NCBI GenBank assembly: GCA_963665665.1
Contig: OY762428.1
Coordinates: 3,424,001 to 3,488,000 of the forward strand
From: Candidatus Kapaibacterium sp.
GTDB taxonomy: Bacteria; Bacteroidota; Ignavibacteria; Kapaibacteriales; UBA2268
Direction of reading: 5' to 3'
Length of the DNA stretch: 64,000 bases
The translations under genes were made by a program, and so were the position numbers. A model generated the notes under the pieces. That model had not been told where the DNA came from, made no database searches, and was given only the letters and a program-made list of their open reading frames with translations. Of this stretch, positions 20,481-32,753 are shown piece after piece. Every line of letters begins with the position of its first letter. The stretch's first letter is position 1.

Positions 20481-20618
20481 TTTAATTCCCCGAATTGATA
20501 AATTCTGAAAAATATTATTAAAAGTAATAATTCTTTATCAAATAGTAAAGCCAAAATTTTGGAAATAATTTATTTTTTGATATTTTTACATATATAAAAT
20601 TTTAATAACTACAATGGT

Positions 20619-21254
20619 ATGAGGATAAAAAAGATGCCAGAAAAAATTGGATTTTCATCTAAGATTAACAGGGATTTTAGTAAGGATGAATGGAAGAAAG
20701 AAAGGTTCAGTATTTTAAAAAAATATTCCTGGCTGATCCCGGCGTTTATTATTATTGGCGGATGCGCAATTCTTCTTTTTGATTTTGCTCTTGCAATGAC
20801 GATTGTGCTGGTAGCAACTAATTTATTAATCACCATATTAATGAGAATTTTCAGGGATAATGTAAAGATAATCGGAGAACTTCAAATCGGGGACGATTTC
20901 CTGAGGATAAAAGAAGAAAAAAGAACCACTGATTTTAACATTAATGAATTAAGTAATATTAAAATTTATTTCAACGGGTGTAAAGAAATTACAGACTATA
21001 ACAGGAATTCCACAGCTTTCTGGAAAATGAACAATATATCATTCACAAAAGATGATAAGGAGTTCTTTTACAGGTTCGAAATAAAAACAGGAAAACAGCA
21101 TGATGATTTAAAAAAAGTAATACAATCATGGTATAATGCGCAAATTAATTTCAAGGAATATTCTTTGAACCAACGATCGTTTTTGTTCAAAAACAATCAG
21201 ACTTATAAGGAAATTCAGGAAATTAAATCTAAATACAATGTTGAATGGGTTTAA
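20619..21254 (+). CDS. Hypothetical membrane protein (2 TM)
   Basis: Two hydrophobic helices then a soluble domain; terminator follows. Confidence 0.7.
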   Translation: MRIKKMPEKIGFSSKINRDFSKDEWKKERFSILKKYSWLIPAFIIIGGCAILLFDFALAMTIVLVATNLLITILMRIFRDNVKIIGELQIGDDFLRIKEEKRTTDFNINELSNIKIYFNGCKEITDYNRNSTAFWKMNNISFTKDDKEFFYRFEIKTGKQHDDLKKVIQSWYNAQINFKEYSLNQRSFLFKNNQTYKEIQEIKSKYNVEWV

Positions 21255-21263
21255 ATAAAAAAT

Positions 21264-21303
21264 AAACTCGTCCAACAAAGTGTAATTCTTGGACGAGTTT
21301 TTT
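21264..21303. terminator. Bidirectional terminator
   Basis: aaactcgtccaa / ttggacgagttt between convergent genes. Confidence 0.85.
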
Positions 21304-21312
21304 AATTTTAAC

Positions 21313-24300
21313 TTACTTAATCAAGGTAACAATTTCACTAAGCACTATATTCGTTCCGTAAACCCTGACCTGGTAAACTCCCGAACTAAGGCTTGCTGTA
21401 TTAATTTGTACAAGTTTTTCCTTTGCATTTGAAATATTGACTGCCTGCTGATATTGCCTGCTTCCGTTAATGTCATACATGTTTATCTGATATTCGCCAT
21501 CGGGGAAGTTTTTAAGAAGAATATTTAACTCGCTTTCGGCTGGCAAAGGTGATATTTCCATGATAGGTTCCATTGTTATATCCACAAGCCGGCCTTCTTC
21601 AAAGCAGAAACCCTTTATGTCGAGTGAACCGTTCAATGTATCAATATCATATAGATCCGAATCCAGCTTTACATTTAGAAATTCAAGAGGCGACTTTCCG
21701 TTCAGCGGAAGCATTAAAGAACCGCAGAAAAATCCAATATCTTTCTTCTGACTGCTTAATGTTACATTGTCATAATTTAATTCCAAATTAAACTTATTTC
21801 CAGCAAGTGTGTGTCTGTCCTCAGGAAGCATGATATCATAATTCAGGGCAATTTTTAAATACACATCTGTTTCAATTTCACCATTATAATCCTCTGCCCA
21901 TGCTGTTACCGGGATACAGAAATTCTTCTCGCCCGGTTTTCCAACTGTATCGGGCAGGCTGAAAATGATCTTCTGCTTTGCCAAACCGTTTAGAATTACG
22001 CTGTCCTGATATGAGCATTCCTCGCCAAGAAAATCAATATAAAGTTTATCATTATCTGCAACAAGGTCGGTTGGCAGATACTGAATTTGAATTAATCTGC
22101 TTTCACCGGGTTTAATTGTATTTCCTATTATATTATTTATCACTGAAAATTCTCCTGTCTCTTTCAGATAGCAATCAGATATGATTATATCAATATTTCC
22201 GCTGTTATAAATCTCAATATCTTTTTGTTCGGGGAAGTTCAGTTTACTCATAATATCAAGTTTTTCAGGCAGTCTGTATTTAATATTTCCTTTCTCACCT
22301 TCGAGTGGAAAAGTATAGTTTTTTTCTTCTTCGTCAATGAAAATATTGCACGTTAAAGTTGCTTCTTTCATACCTTCAGAACTGCTGGCCGGACGGAATG
22401 TCAGCGTTATATTGAAGACAGAATCAGCCTGCAGGGTAAAAGGTAACGATTTATATGAAGGCTCAAACAACTGGCTTTCAACTCCTGAAATGTCAACTCC
22501 CCTTATTTCAACATCATACTGCCCGGTATTTTTGATATTTAATATCTGTGTTGAATCAGAGCAATATTCCAATAATCCGAAATCATCAAGCTTGCTGAAT
22601 TTCACTTCCGATTTAAGAACATCGGCTGAAACTTTTACGTGAATAGTATCCTCGCAGGGAGTTACGCTGATAATTGATACCAGCGATTCAAAATGGCCGA
22701 ATGTCTCAGGCTTAAACTGGATATCAACCTCGCCTTCGGAATCTGCTTTTATCAATAGATCATCAGGATCAAATTCCAATTCAGTATCGTCACAAATTAT
22801 ATCATTGACCACAACATCAAACTCACTGTTATTCCTGATTTTTAACACGCCGGATAATTCGCCGCAAATGGGGCATGTTCCGAGATAAACATCATCGGCT
22901 TCAATCTTCATCTCGCTTGAAATTCCATATAATGGTATTTTCATCAGGCTGTCATCCGGCAGTGAAGACCTTACATGCAATTCGGCATAATGTTCCCCCG
23001 CCGAGAGCGGCTTATATTTTACGACGAACATGGCAGAATCAAACCTGCTGAATTTTTGATATTTATCCGGATACCCAATCAGTTCGAAATTGTCTGCATC
23101 GCTTCCTGTTATCTCAGGATTGCTAAAACTCGGTGCATGGTAACTGAAGTTAACAATATATGCTGTATCCGGCTTCTCGGAACAATCTGCTATCCTGCCG
23201 AAATAAAGGCTGTCACCCATTAGGTCATAATCATATGCCATACCTGTCAGTACCACGGGATTATATGTTGCACAAATATTTGATGTATCAAATATTTCAA
23301 GTTTCAATGTATCTGAATAGGTACCTGCTATTTCAGGTCTAAATAAAACTCTTACTTTTAAAGTTTCAGAAGGATAAATAATATTTGGTAATTCAGGTTT
23401 TGTCCAAACAATCTGAAATTCATTCGATAATGCTTTTACAGAATCGACTTCTATTGGGATTAATCCACGATTCGAATAAACAGCATCCAGATAGTACGTT
23501 TTACCTGTTTTAATATAACCGAAATCCAGATTTATATTATCTGAAGTCAGTAGATAACTTGCCTGAGTGATAATGATATGAATTTTATCCAATAATTCTG
23601 TTGTCTCATGACACCATATAGAAATATCAGTTTCAAATACTCCTGTTGAATCAGTATTTAAAAATATTCTAATCCCAAGGGTATCGTTAACTTCCATTTT
23701 GGGATGCCTTAAATATTCAGCGCTAAAAAATATATTGTTAGAAACTTTTGGCTCTTTTAAATTTATTTCTTTTTCAGAAAAATTTTTCAAACTAATATCG
23801 ATATAATTATCTTCTCCAATACAGAAGAATTTTGATAAAGTATCAGGGTAGGTTGAGTCACTAGGATCAAAGAATTCTAAAGAATATAAATTTGAAATTT
23901 GATATTTCATCAGAAAAGTATTGGGATACTTTTTCTTGTTATAGCCGTTAATCATTGTAAATTCTCTGTTTTCCTTATCATCTTTTCGAATATGTTCTCC
24001 TTCCATTGAATATCCGCTAATATAAAGTGTAGAAGGAGAAACATAGCTGATTGAATTTATTCTGTTATTATTCCAGTAGTTTACATAACTACCCCTTTCG
24101 AATAATTGATGATCATCTATTATTCGGCCTGCTGGATTTAGAATTGCAATATTATAGTAAGAATGATTATATTCATATCTGACAAATTCTTTATAAATAA
24201 AAACAAAACCATCTTCGCTTACTTCGCAGGTATATTTTGTTGGTGTTGAAACATAAGAATCAGGAAAATAAACTTCCCAATTTTTAACACCGTCTCTGTT

Positions 24301-25086
24301 AATTTGGGCAAGCCTTAAAATTTTATTACCATCATTTTTTATATAATAAACATCGTTTTTTTCGGAATAACTCAATGAACTTCCATATCTCCAATTAATT
24401 TTCGAAGTATATTCTTGTCCTTCCTTGTAATATGAATATACCAAATCGAGTCCAAGTATGGTGTTCTTCTTTTCAATAAACATAAAGTTGTCAATGTTAA
24501 TTTCAACTAATTCCAGGCTATAATTTCCATTTTGATAACAAAGCCCTGCTATTTTGCTTTCTTTTTCAATAAAAACTATGTCAAGAAATCTGCGATAGGA
24601 TACATGTTCAATAAGTTCCAGATCAGAATTGTATATAAATAGTTGATATGAAGTTGTTAAACAATAAATATTGCCCTTTTTATCAATAATCATTCTTGAA
24701 ATATATCCTTTTGTAGCAATAATTTTTACAACTTCTTTATTTTTAATTTTAAACAATCTCCTGGTAGTAGCAAAATAAATGCAGTTATTGGAATCAATAG
24801 CAATTTCTAACGGAGTTTCGGATACTCCGTCACTTATTATTTTAAAATGCCATTTTTCTTCCGAATCCGGATATCTTGTAGCAATATAAATATCATTCCA
24901 AATTTCTTCAGTACCTATATTTTGATCTATATAAAAATAAACCGGATTATTATCCTTATCTGTTGTTACCTTTATATCATCATAAACACCAACCCAGGCT
25001 CCCCATTCTTTTTCTATCTCATATTCAGACGAATAGAGAGAATTTGAGAAAAAAAAGACCAATACAAGCAGTAAAATATGTTTCAA
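21313..25086 (-). CDS. Large secreted protein: beta-rich N-domain, repeated Ig-like (choice-of-anchor D/ASH-like) domains, T9SS-type C-terminal domain
   Basis: Signal peptide; repeated DFG...N.G...F.P modules; C-terminal ISPLPA...YDING...LSSGVYQV. Confidence 0.8.
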   Translation of the reverse strand: MKHILLLVLVFFFSNSLYSSEYEIEKEWGAWVGVYDDIKVTTDKDNNPVYFYIDQNIGTEEIWNDIYIATRYPDSEEKWHFKIISDGVSETPLEIAIDSNNCIYFATTRRLFKIKNKEVVKIIATKGYISRMIIDKKGNIYCLTTSYQLFIYNSDLELIEHVSYRRFLDIVFIEKESKIAGLCYQNGNYSLELVEINIDNFMFIEKKNTILGLDLVYSYYKEGQEYTSKINWRYGSSLSYSEKNDVYYIKNDGNKILRLAQINRDGVKNWEVYFPDSYVSTPTKYTCEVSEDGFVFIYKEFVRYEYNHSYYNIAILNPAGRIIDDHQLFERGSYVNYWNNNRINSISYVSPSTLYISGYSMEGEHIRKDDKENREFTMINGYNKKKYPNTFLMKYQISNLYSLEFFDPSDSTYPDTLSKFFCIGEDNYIDISLKNFSEKEINLKEPKVSNNIFFSAEYLRHPKMEVNDTLGIRIFLNTDSTGVFETDISIWCHETTELLDKIHIIITQASYLLTSDNINLDFGYIKTGKTYYLDAVYSNRGLIPIEVDSVKALSNEFQIVWTKPELPNIIYPSETLKVRVLFRPEIAGTYSDTLKLEIFDTSNICATYNPVVLTGMAYDYDLMGDSLYFGRIADCSEKPDTAYIVNFSYHAPSFSNPEITGSDADNFELIGYPDKYQKFSRFDSAMFVVKYKPLSAGEHYAELHVRSSLPDDSLMKIPLYGISSEMKIEADDVYLGTCPICGELSGVLKIRNNSEFDVVVNDIICDDTELEFDPDDLLIKADSEGEVDIQFKPETFGHFESLVSIISVTPCEDTIHVKVSADVLKSEVKFSKLDDFGLLEYCSDSTQILNIKNTGQYDVEIRGVDISGVESQLFEPSYKSLPFTLQADSVFNITLTFRPASSSEGMKEATLTCNIFIDEEEKNYTFPLEGEKGNIKYRLPEKLDIMSKLNFPEQKDIEIYNSGNIDIIISDCYLKETGEFSVINNIIGNTIKPGESRLIQIQYLPTDLVADNDKLYIDFLGEECSYQDSVILNGLAKQKIIFSLPDTVGKPGEKNFCIPVTAWAEDYNGEIETDVYLKIALNYDIMLPEDRHTLAGNKFNLELNYDNVTLSSQKKDIGFFCGSLMLPLNGKSPLEFLNVKLDSDLYDIDTLNGSLDIKGFCFEEGRLVDITMEPIMEISPLPAESELNILLKNFPDGEYQINMYDINGSRQYQQAVNISNAKEKLVQINTASLSSGVYQVRVYGTNIVLSEIVTLIK

Positions 25087-25320
25087 GTTACCTCCAACAA
25101 TATTAATATAACATTTTCTTATCTTCGACCGGGCTATTGTTTTATTGTCATATTGATGAATTCGTCTTCCATAATTTATAACAAATGAAAATCAGAATAA
25201 TTACGAGGTTTTTTAAATAATTCTATCTTACACAATACTTTTATTATAGAATAATGATTTTTGAAAAAAAATTAGCAATTTTGTAGTTCTGAATTTGATA
25301 ACAAAATAAAAGTATTTGAA

Positions 25321-27176
<1,856 letters not shown>

Positions 27177-27189
27177 TTTTCAGAATCAG

Positions 27190-27225
27190 ATCATCCGATT
27201 TCTTCAAGTTATCGGATGATTTTTT
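27190..27225 (+). terminator. Terminator after cysS and the ubiquitin gene
   Basis: atcatccgat / atcggatgat stem plus T tract. Confidence 0.8.
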
Positions 27226-27258
27226 CTGTATACCCTAAGCCTTCCCAAAGCTTTATAA

Positions 27259-27359
27259 CCCACAGCAACAGCAACGATACAGTTACAATAATCATTTGCG
27301 GGAATAATAAAGATTGATTAAGTTCCGGCAATCAATAACTAAGCAAAAAACCATGAGAC
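27259..27359 (+). repeat. Upstream block shared by the two propeller paralogs (copy 2)
   Basis: Matches 13462-13562. Confidence 0.85.
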
Positions 27360-27425
27360 ATTTTATTATCTTACGTGTCATTGAAATAAATCGAATATAG
27401 ATAAAGATGACCGACGCCTTCAAGG
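27355..27425 (+). repeat. 71-bp direct repeat, left copy
   Basis: 69/71 identical to 29373-29443. Confidence 0.9.
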
Positions 27426-27462
27426 TGTCGGACAACTGAAGAAACATCAAAGGGGCTTTACC

Positions 27463-28743
27463 ATGAAGAAACTAATTTTATTCACAGCAATTTTATCATT
27501 CTTATTTTCTGCCGGGGCTATTGCCGGGGAGCAGGATACTATTTGGACGAAATCCGGATTGTTTGGGGCTATTGACGTATACTTTACGAATGACGACCAG
27601 ACGATTATTACCAACAAGAAAAACAAGATTGTTGAACTCGATGTAATCACTGGTGATATTTTAAGGGAATCTGATTCAATTTTAACATATTTTAAGGAAT
27701 TGGAATTATCAGTTCAGGGAAATTTAATTTTCATTCTTCATTCAGCTCAGGATTATGCATCATTAGTCAGATATAACGATTTTAGTATTATTCATAAAAT
27801 CAATGTTAAAGATTCAAACTGGCTTCCACATTCAATAGCAATTTCTGCTGATGAACAAAATCTCGCTATTGGAGTTTACGATAGGGATAAATATGTCAGT
27901 TATATTCTGATTTATGATACTGATACAGGCGATTTATTAAGAAAGATTGAATCAAACCAGACTGCAAAGGATTTAAAATATTCTCCTGAAGGGAGCTATC
28001 TTGCAGCTGTAACAGCCGCCTATGATTATCATGATTACCCTGAAGACCCTACTTATTACGTTCAGCTATATGACGCAAAGACATATCAGCATGTTAAACA
28101 ATTAGATCAAACAACATGGCGGACTCAAAAAATTACAGCAATTGATTTTAACAAAGATGGATCACTTATATTTGAATCATGTAGGCAAAAAAATTCAATT
28201 GTATGGAATATTGATGATTATAATATGTTTAAAGAATATTCTTTTAATACTTTTGTTGGTTTCATGAAATCAACATATGATAGAAAATACACTGCAATTA
28301 CTGCCTTAGACTACAATAGTTTAAAACTATATATCTATGACAATGAAAAAAATAAAATGATTCATAAATATCCTTATGATATTTCAGATTTTGACATAAG
28401 TAATAACCAGAACTTAATAATTGGAAAAATCGGAGGAACTTTTAATTTACTTATTCCCTATTGGAATATGAATGATGTTAGTAATGAAGAAACAAAAACA
28501 ACTTTAATAGTAGATTATTCAAAAGGATTACTGTCAATAGATTATGAATTAAAAAGTCCTATTCAAACTAAAATTAATCTCTTCGACAACACGGGTAAAA
28601 TGATAAAATCAATATTTTCTGGCTTATCACAAGAAGGGATGAATCGCATTGAAGAAAGCATTGATCTGATTTCAGGGGTTTATCATTTGCAGGTAAAAAT
28701 GGGTAAGAGTGAAATGGTGAAGAAATTTTTGGTGGTAAGGTAG
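27463..28743 (+). CDS. Secreted WD40-like beta-propeller protein with T9SS-type C-terminal domain (paralog 2)
   Basis: Colinear with 13647-14924 (KDSNWLPHSIAISAD shared); C-terminal LFDNTG...ISGVYHLQ...KFLVVR. Confidence 0.8.
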   Translation: MKKLILFTAILSFLFSAGAIAGEQDTIWTKSGLFGAIDVYFTNDDQTIITNKKNKIVELDVITGDILRESDSILTYFKELELSVQGNLIFILHSAQDYASLVRYNDFSIIHKINVKDSNWLPHSIAISADEQNLAIGVYDRDKYVSYILIYDTDTGDLLRKIESNQTAKDLKYSPEGSYLAAVTAAYDYHDYPEDPTYYVQLYDAKTYQHVKQLDQTTWRTQKITAIDFNKDGSLIFESCRQKNSIVWNIDDYNMFKEYSFNTFVGFMKSTYDRKYTAITALDYNSLKLYIYDNEKNKMIHKYPYDISDFDISNNQNLIIGKIGGTFNLLIPYWNMNDVSNEETKTTLIVDYSKGLLSIDYELKSPIQTKINLFDNTGKMIKSIFSGLSQEGMNRIEESIDLISGVYHLQVKMGKSEMVKKFLVVR

Positions 28744-28850
28744 GAGTGTTTTTGCTTTCCTTTCTGCTAAAAATTATTAAATATTTGGAAGGGATGAATT
28801 TATTAATTATATTATTTTCAGTTGATTTATTAACGACTTCAATATTGGCT

Positions 28851-29063
28851 ATGGATATTTTAAGCTATATAACTAACGACAGAGGCGAGAAGATCGCCCT
28901 GCAAATTAATCTGAAAAACAAGGGCCAAATTTCCCCCGAGGATTTGGAGGAACTGGAAGATATTATCAGCTATGAACTCCTGAAGGATAGCGAATCGCTT
29001 GATTACGATGAGGAAATCGAACAATTACTGAATAAAAAATCCGCCGATGACATACCGGCTTAA
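28851..29063 (+). CDS. Probable antitoxin (small acidic protein)
   Basis: 70 aa, YITNDRGEKIAL...LEELEDI; overlaps the start of a RelE-type toxin. Confidence 0.65.
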   Translation: MDILSYITNDRGEKIALQINLKNKGQISPEDLEELEDIISYELLKDSESLDYDEEIEQLLNKKSADDIPA

Positions 29064-29309
29064 GATAAAAAGAAACGCCCTGAAGCAGTTGGAAAAACTT
29101 CCTCCCTAAACAATTCGCCTGATTGATTCGAAAATACAGCAACTCAAAAAGAACCCCTTTGCAGGAGATGTTAAAAAATTAAAAATTATGACGGGCTTTT
29201 CAGGCTGAGAGTATCAAATTACAGGATACTATTCACAGTTTTCCATGATATTCTGATAATTGAAATTATCTCGATTGCTCACAGAAAGGATGTTTACAAG
29301 AAACTATGA
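29047..29309 (+). pseudogene. RelE/ParE family toxin pseudogene
   Basis: MTYRLKIKRNALKQLEKLPP*TIRLIDSKIQQLKKNPFAGDVKKLK, frameshift, NYDGLFRLRVSNYRILF...IAHRKDVY; TAA at 29107-29109 and a frameshift in the A-run near 29181-29186. Confidence 0.85.
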
Positions 29310-29372
29310 TTTGTATGTCCAACCAAAGCACGGACAGAAAAAAGAAGTCGAAGGATGGTATAGTAAAACCCC

Positions 29373-29443
29373 GAGACATTTTATTATCTTACATGTCATT
29401 GAAATAAATCGAATATTGATAAAGATGACCGACGCCTTCAAGG
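29373..29443 (+). repeat. 71-bp direct repeat, right copy
   Basis: 69/71 identical to 27355-27425. Confidence 0.9.
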
Positions 29444-29482
29444 GTAATCCACCCGCCCTTCGGGTATCCTTCGAGATTCCGC

Positions 29483-30397
29483 CTATCCCACCGCCACCAC
29501 AGCGCTTATCAGCCCGTAGCCATTATGGTTGCGCGCGCGGACGGCATACTCTGCCGGACTCTCCGGCGGTGGCAGCTTGGCGCTCAGATCGCGTCCCCGC
29601 CAGGCTTTCCGCCATTTTTTACCCTTTTTTGCGCCGCGCGTCACAATCTCGTAGCTCGTCGCGCCCTCCACTTCCGGCCAGGAAAAAATTTCCTGCGTGG
29701 CATCATAGTCAAAATCCGCCGGAGCCTCCGGCCTGTGCGGGTTTCCGCGCCTTTTCAGGTTCACCATCCCGATTTTCTGGATCAGCACCGAATCCTTGCC
29801 CATCACCCCGCGCCACCAGCCCTTCAGCAAGGTCAGCAGCCACTCGTCGGCCTTCATCAGCTCCTTCAGCTCCGCAGTACTGTGCATCGCGCGCTTCTTC
29901 TTCTGCTCCTGCTCCTCCAGCGCCTGCTCCGTTTCGGCAATCGCCGCAGCCAGCCTGTCGATCATCAGCTGCGGAATAGTTTTCGGCAGCCCCTCCTGAA
30001 CGTGCCGGTTGTGCACTTCAATAATTAGCTCGGCCCTTGAAAGCATCTCCAGGCGCGACTTTGGGAACCTCAGCCCAAAATCAAAATCCTTCAGATGCTT
30101 CTGATCATCCGCGTAAATCGGAATACCCAACGCCCGCACAATCTGATAACATTCCGTCAGCTCCCTAAGGATGTTCTGCACCGAAAAGGTCTGTGAATGC
30201 CACTGCGCAGTGTCCACCGCCGACGAACTAATCTTATTCATGAATATATCATAGCAGTCCTCAGCCCAAATACAGATTTCCTGCGGCGCATGAAGCTCAT
30301 CACGAATAAAATCATGATTATCCTGAATTTTTCTAAGCCTTTCAGCCCTGATATCATGAGTATCCTGCGAGAAATTATTGTTTAGTATTACAGACAT
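29483..30397 (-). CDS. Hypothetical helical protein with C-terminal fibronectin type III-like domain
   Basis: CGGGGAG RBS; coiled-coil segment; PEAP...FSWPEVEGATSYEI...YAVRARNHNGYG FN3 pattern. Confidence 0.75.
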   Translation of the reverse strand: MSVILNNNFSQDTHDIRAERLRKIQDNHDFIRDELHAPQEICIWAEDCYDIFMNKISSSAVDTAQWHSQTFSVQNILRELTECYQIVRALGIPIYADDQKHLKDFDFGLRFPKSRLEMLSRAELIIEVHNRHVQEGLPKTIPQLMIDRLAAAIAETEQALEEQEQKKKRAMHSTAELKELMKADEWLLTLLKGWWRGVMGKDSVLIQKIGMVNLKRRGNPHRPEAPADFDYDATQEIFSWPEVEGATSYEIVTRGAKKGKKWRKAWRGRDLSAKLPPPESPAEYAVRARNHNGYGLISAVVAVG

Positions 30398-30998
30398 TAT
30401 ATCTCCCCGATATATAATATGATTACTAATATTAATATAAGTAATTAAATTATAAGTTCAAAGAAATAATCTACTTATACAACAAATAATATAATAACAA
30501 TTAATATTTATCTATAATAATTGAGTAATTCCCATGTTAAAAACCATAAATAATCAATCAGAATTATTAAATAACATATCTATATTGGTAAATAATTAAT
30601 TCATAATATTAATTCCAATTCATTTCATATTAAATAAACAGCCTTATTTAGTAAAAAACAGATTAGCCTAATAAATTATAATACTTTATTATATAATTGG
30701 ATAAATAAATTATACAATTAGCATAACTCACTATTTTATCATATACATAAATTAATTAATAATATGAATAAGGAATTTAGTTAGATAAACTATATCAAGC
30801 ATAAAATAGATTAAATATTTAATAAAATATAACGATAAAATATAAATTTATGATGATTATATACTCTGATAAATAAAATATATAATAAATCACACTTACT
30901 AAATATTAACCAGATTATACGATACTAACCAATTGCACACACCAAATCATTTACAGGATTAGGCTTCATTCAAATAATCCGCATATTTATTATTTTGA

Positions 30999-31187
30999 AA
31001 TAAAGAATCAGAATTATAGTACAAATATTCAGACTTTCCCGATATTGATTCACAATATTGAAAGTAAGAATCATAATTGTGAGATAAAGAATTGATATTC
31101 TAATCAAATAAATCATTATTATAATATAAATCTTCGGAATTATGGCTTACAGGATCGTAATTCTGTGGCAATTATTCGTAATTATGA
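30999..31187. repeat. Highly degenerate 21-bp periodic array (about 9 units)
   Basis: Aligned at 21 bp, TC at unit positions 10-11 in 8/9 units and TT at 16-17 in 8/9 units. Confidence 0.55.
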
Positions 31188-31259
31188 TATAAATTAAAGC
31201 AAATCCGCCGCAGGAGGACATTCTTATCCCTCATCCCCCTGTTTATCGGAATGAAGGAT

Positions 31260-31700
31260 AGCGGCGTAGCCGCGACATTTTTGTAGTAAATCGATCCCGG
31301 GATGAACAACAGCCCCGTCGGGGCGGCATTTACATTTCAGATGTCGCTCCTACGGAGCTTTGAATGAAGATTATGCAAATATTATCTACAAAAATTCCGC
31401 TCCTACGGAGCTTTTTATATGATTTCGCTGCTCTTGCAACTGAGGAAGTCCACATTTACTTTGCAGATAATGTATAAAGAATGGATACTTCGCTTCGCTC
31501 AGTATGACAATCCATGCGCCGGCGTGGGACAGGTGATTTTCCCTCCTTCCCAAGCCCCGCTTGGGAAGGAATATTTCCTGCAAAGTTCTACTTTGGAATT
31601 ATGAAGCTCAGCTTCAAAAGAAAACTGCATTACGAAGTACAACTTCGTAATGAGGGGGAATGCATAAAGAATGGATAGTTCGCTCCGCTCAATATGACAA
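31260..31700. repeat. Mosaic of REP-like palindromes (copy 2)
   Basis: 31260-31415 resembles 16556-16713; 31536-31699 resembles 16864-17026. Confidence 0.85.
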
Positions 31701-31780
31701 ATGGCAAAATTCAGAATAAAGAGATATTGAGTCTAAACTGTTTTAATGGATTCTGATATTTATGCTGAGTAGAAATTGTA

Positions 31781-31819
31781 TGACTACATCCGATATTTGA
31801 CAGTTATCGGATGTAGTCA
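31781..31819 (-). terminator. Hairpin terminator downstream of ispH
   Basis: tgactacatccgata / tatcggatgtagtca perfect 15-bp stem. Confidence 0.75.
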
Positions 31820-31829
31820 GTTTGATTGA

Positions 31830-32726
31830 TTATAAACTACTGATTGTATCTTCAATACATTCTTTCACTTTTTTCAGATACCACTGCGGGGTGCTTGTGG
31901 CTCCTGTTATTCCAAGCGAGTTAATTCCGTCGAACCATTTGTAATCAATTTCTTTAATGTCCTCAATAAAAAATGTTTTATCATTTACAGAACTGCATAT
32001 ATTAAACAGGCTTTTTCCGTTTGAGGAATTCCTTCCTGCAACAAATAGTATTATATCGTTGTCAGAGGCGAATTTTCTCAGGTTCTCGTCCCTGCCATGA
32101 ACATATTTGCAGATAGTATCCTTTGTCTGGAAATCCTGTTCAATTTCTCCACCATCAATCAGGTGGCTGAGTTTATCTTTAAGCGTTTCTGCAATATTTA
32201 AATATGTTTGTTTATTCATTGTCGTTTGCGAGAAAATTACAGCCGGCTTTTCGGGATCAATCAATTTTACAGCCTCGTCATCGGGTGATTTAATAACCAC
32301 ACACTCGTCATTGCAAACACCGCGGATGCCTACTATTTCAGGGTGCTCGCGTTTGCCGTAAACAATTACCTGGTATCCCCGGTCGTAGTATTTCCGGACT
32401 CTTTTCTGCAATGCAGTTACCAGTGGGCAGGTTGCGTCTACAAGGTTCAGGTTCAGGTTCTGAATTTTTTTATAAGTTGAAGGCGGTTCGCCGTGAGCAC
32501 GAATAAATATTTTCGCGTTCTTTCCTTCAAGTTCCTTCATGTTGTCGTGATTGGCAGTTTTCAGGCCCTTAGCCTCAAGCCTTTCAATCTCGCGGGGATT
32601 ATGGATTATATCTCCAAGAACATAAATCTCTTCGCCTTTGTTTTCGTCAAGGTGCTTTTCAACTATATCTATCGTACGTACAACTCCCCAGCAAAATCCT
32701 GCCGAGTCATCTATATGTATATTCAT
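31830..32726 (-). CDS. ispH: 4-hydroxy-3-methylbut-2-enyl diphosphate reductase
   Basis: GFCWGV, IIHN, RAHG, DATCP, HPE, SQTT, DTIC, SSN, GATSTP. Confidence 0.97.
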   Translation of the reverse strand: MNIHIDDSAGFCWGVVRTIDIVEKHLDENKGEEIYVLGDIIHNPREIERLEAKGLKTANHDNMKELEGKNAKIFIRAHGEPPSTYKKIQNLNLNLVDATCPLVTALQKRVRKYYDRGYQVIVYGKREHPEIVGIRGVCNDECVVIKSPDDEAVKLIDPEKPAVIFSQTTMNKQTYLNIAETLKDKLSHLIDGGEIEQDFQTKDTICKYVHGRDENLRKFASDNDIILFVAGRNSSNGKSLFNICSSVNDKTFFIEDIKEIDYKWFDGINSLGITGATSTPQWYLKKVKECIEDTISSL

Positions 32727-32753
32727 TGTATTCTCCGGTTATTGAAGATTATT

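Noticed and set aside
28746-28850. N-terminal extension of the antitoxin ORF
   Set aside because: Low-complexity hydrophobic translation of AT-rich intergenic DNA; ATG 28851 gives a typical antitoxin size
29260-30028. Plus-strand ORFs of 239 aa and 167 aa
   Set aside because: Antisense shadows of the GC-rich minus-strand gene 29483-30397, which has the RBS and the FN3-like pattern
30400-31000. Replication origin
   Set aside because: AT-rich, but no cluster of DnaA boxes or origin-linked genes seen
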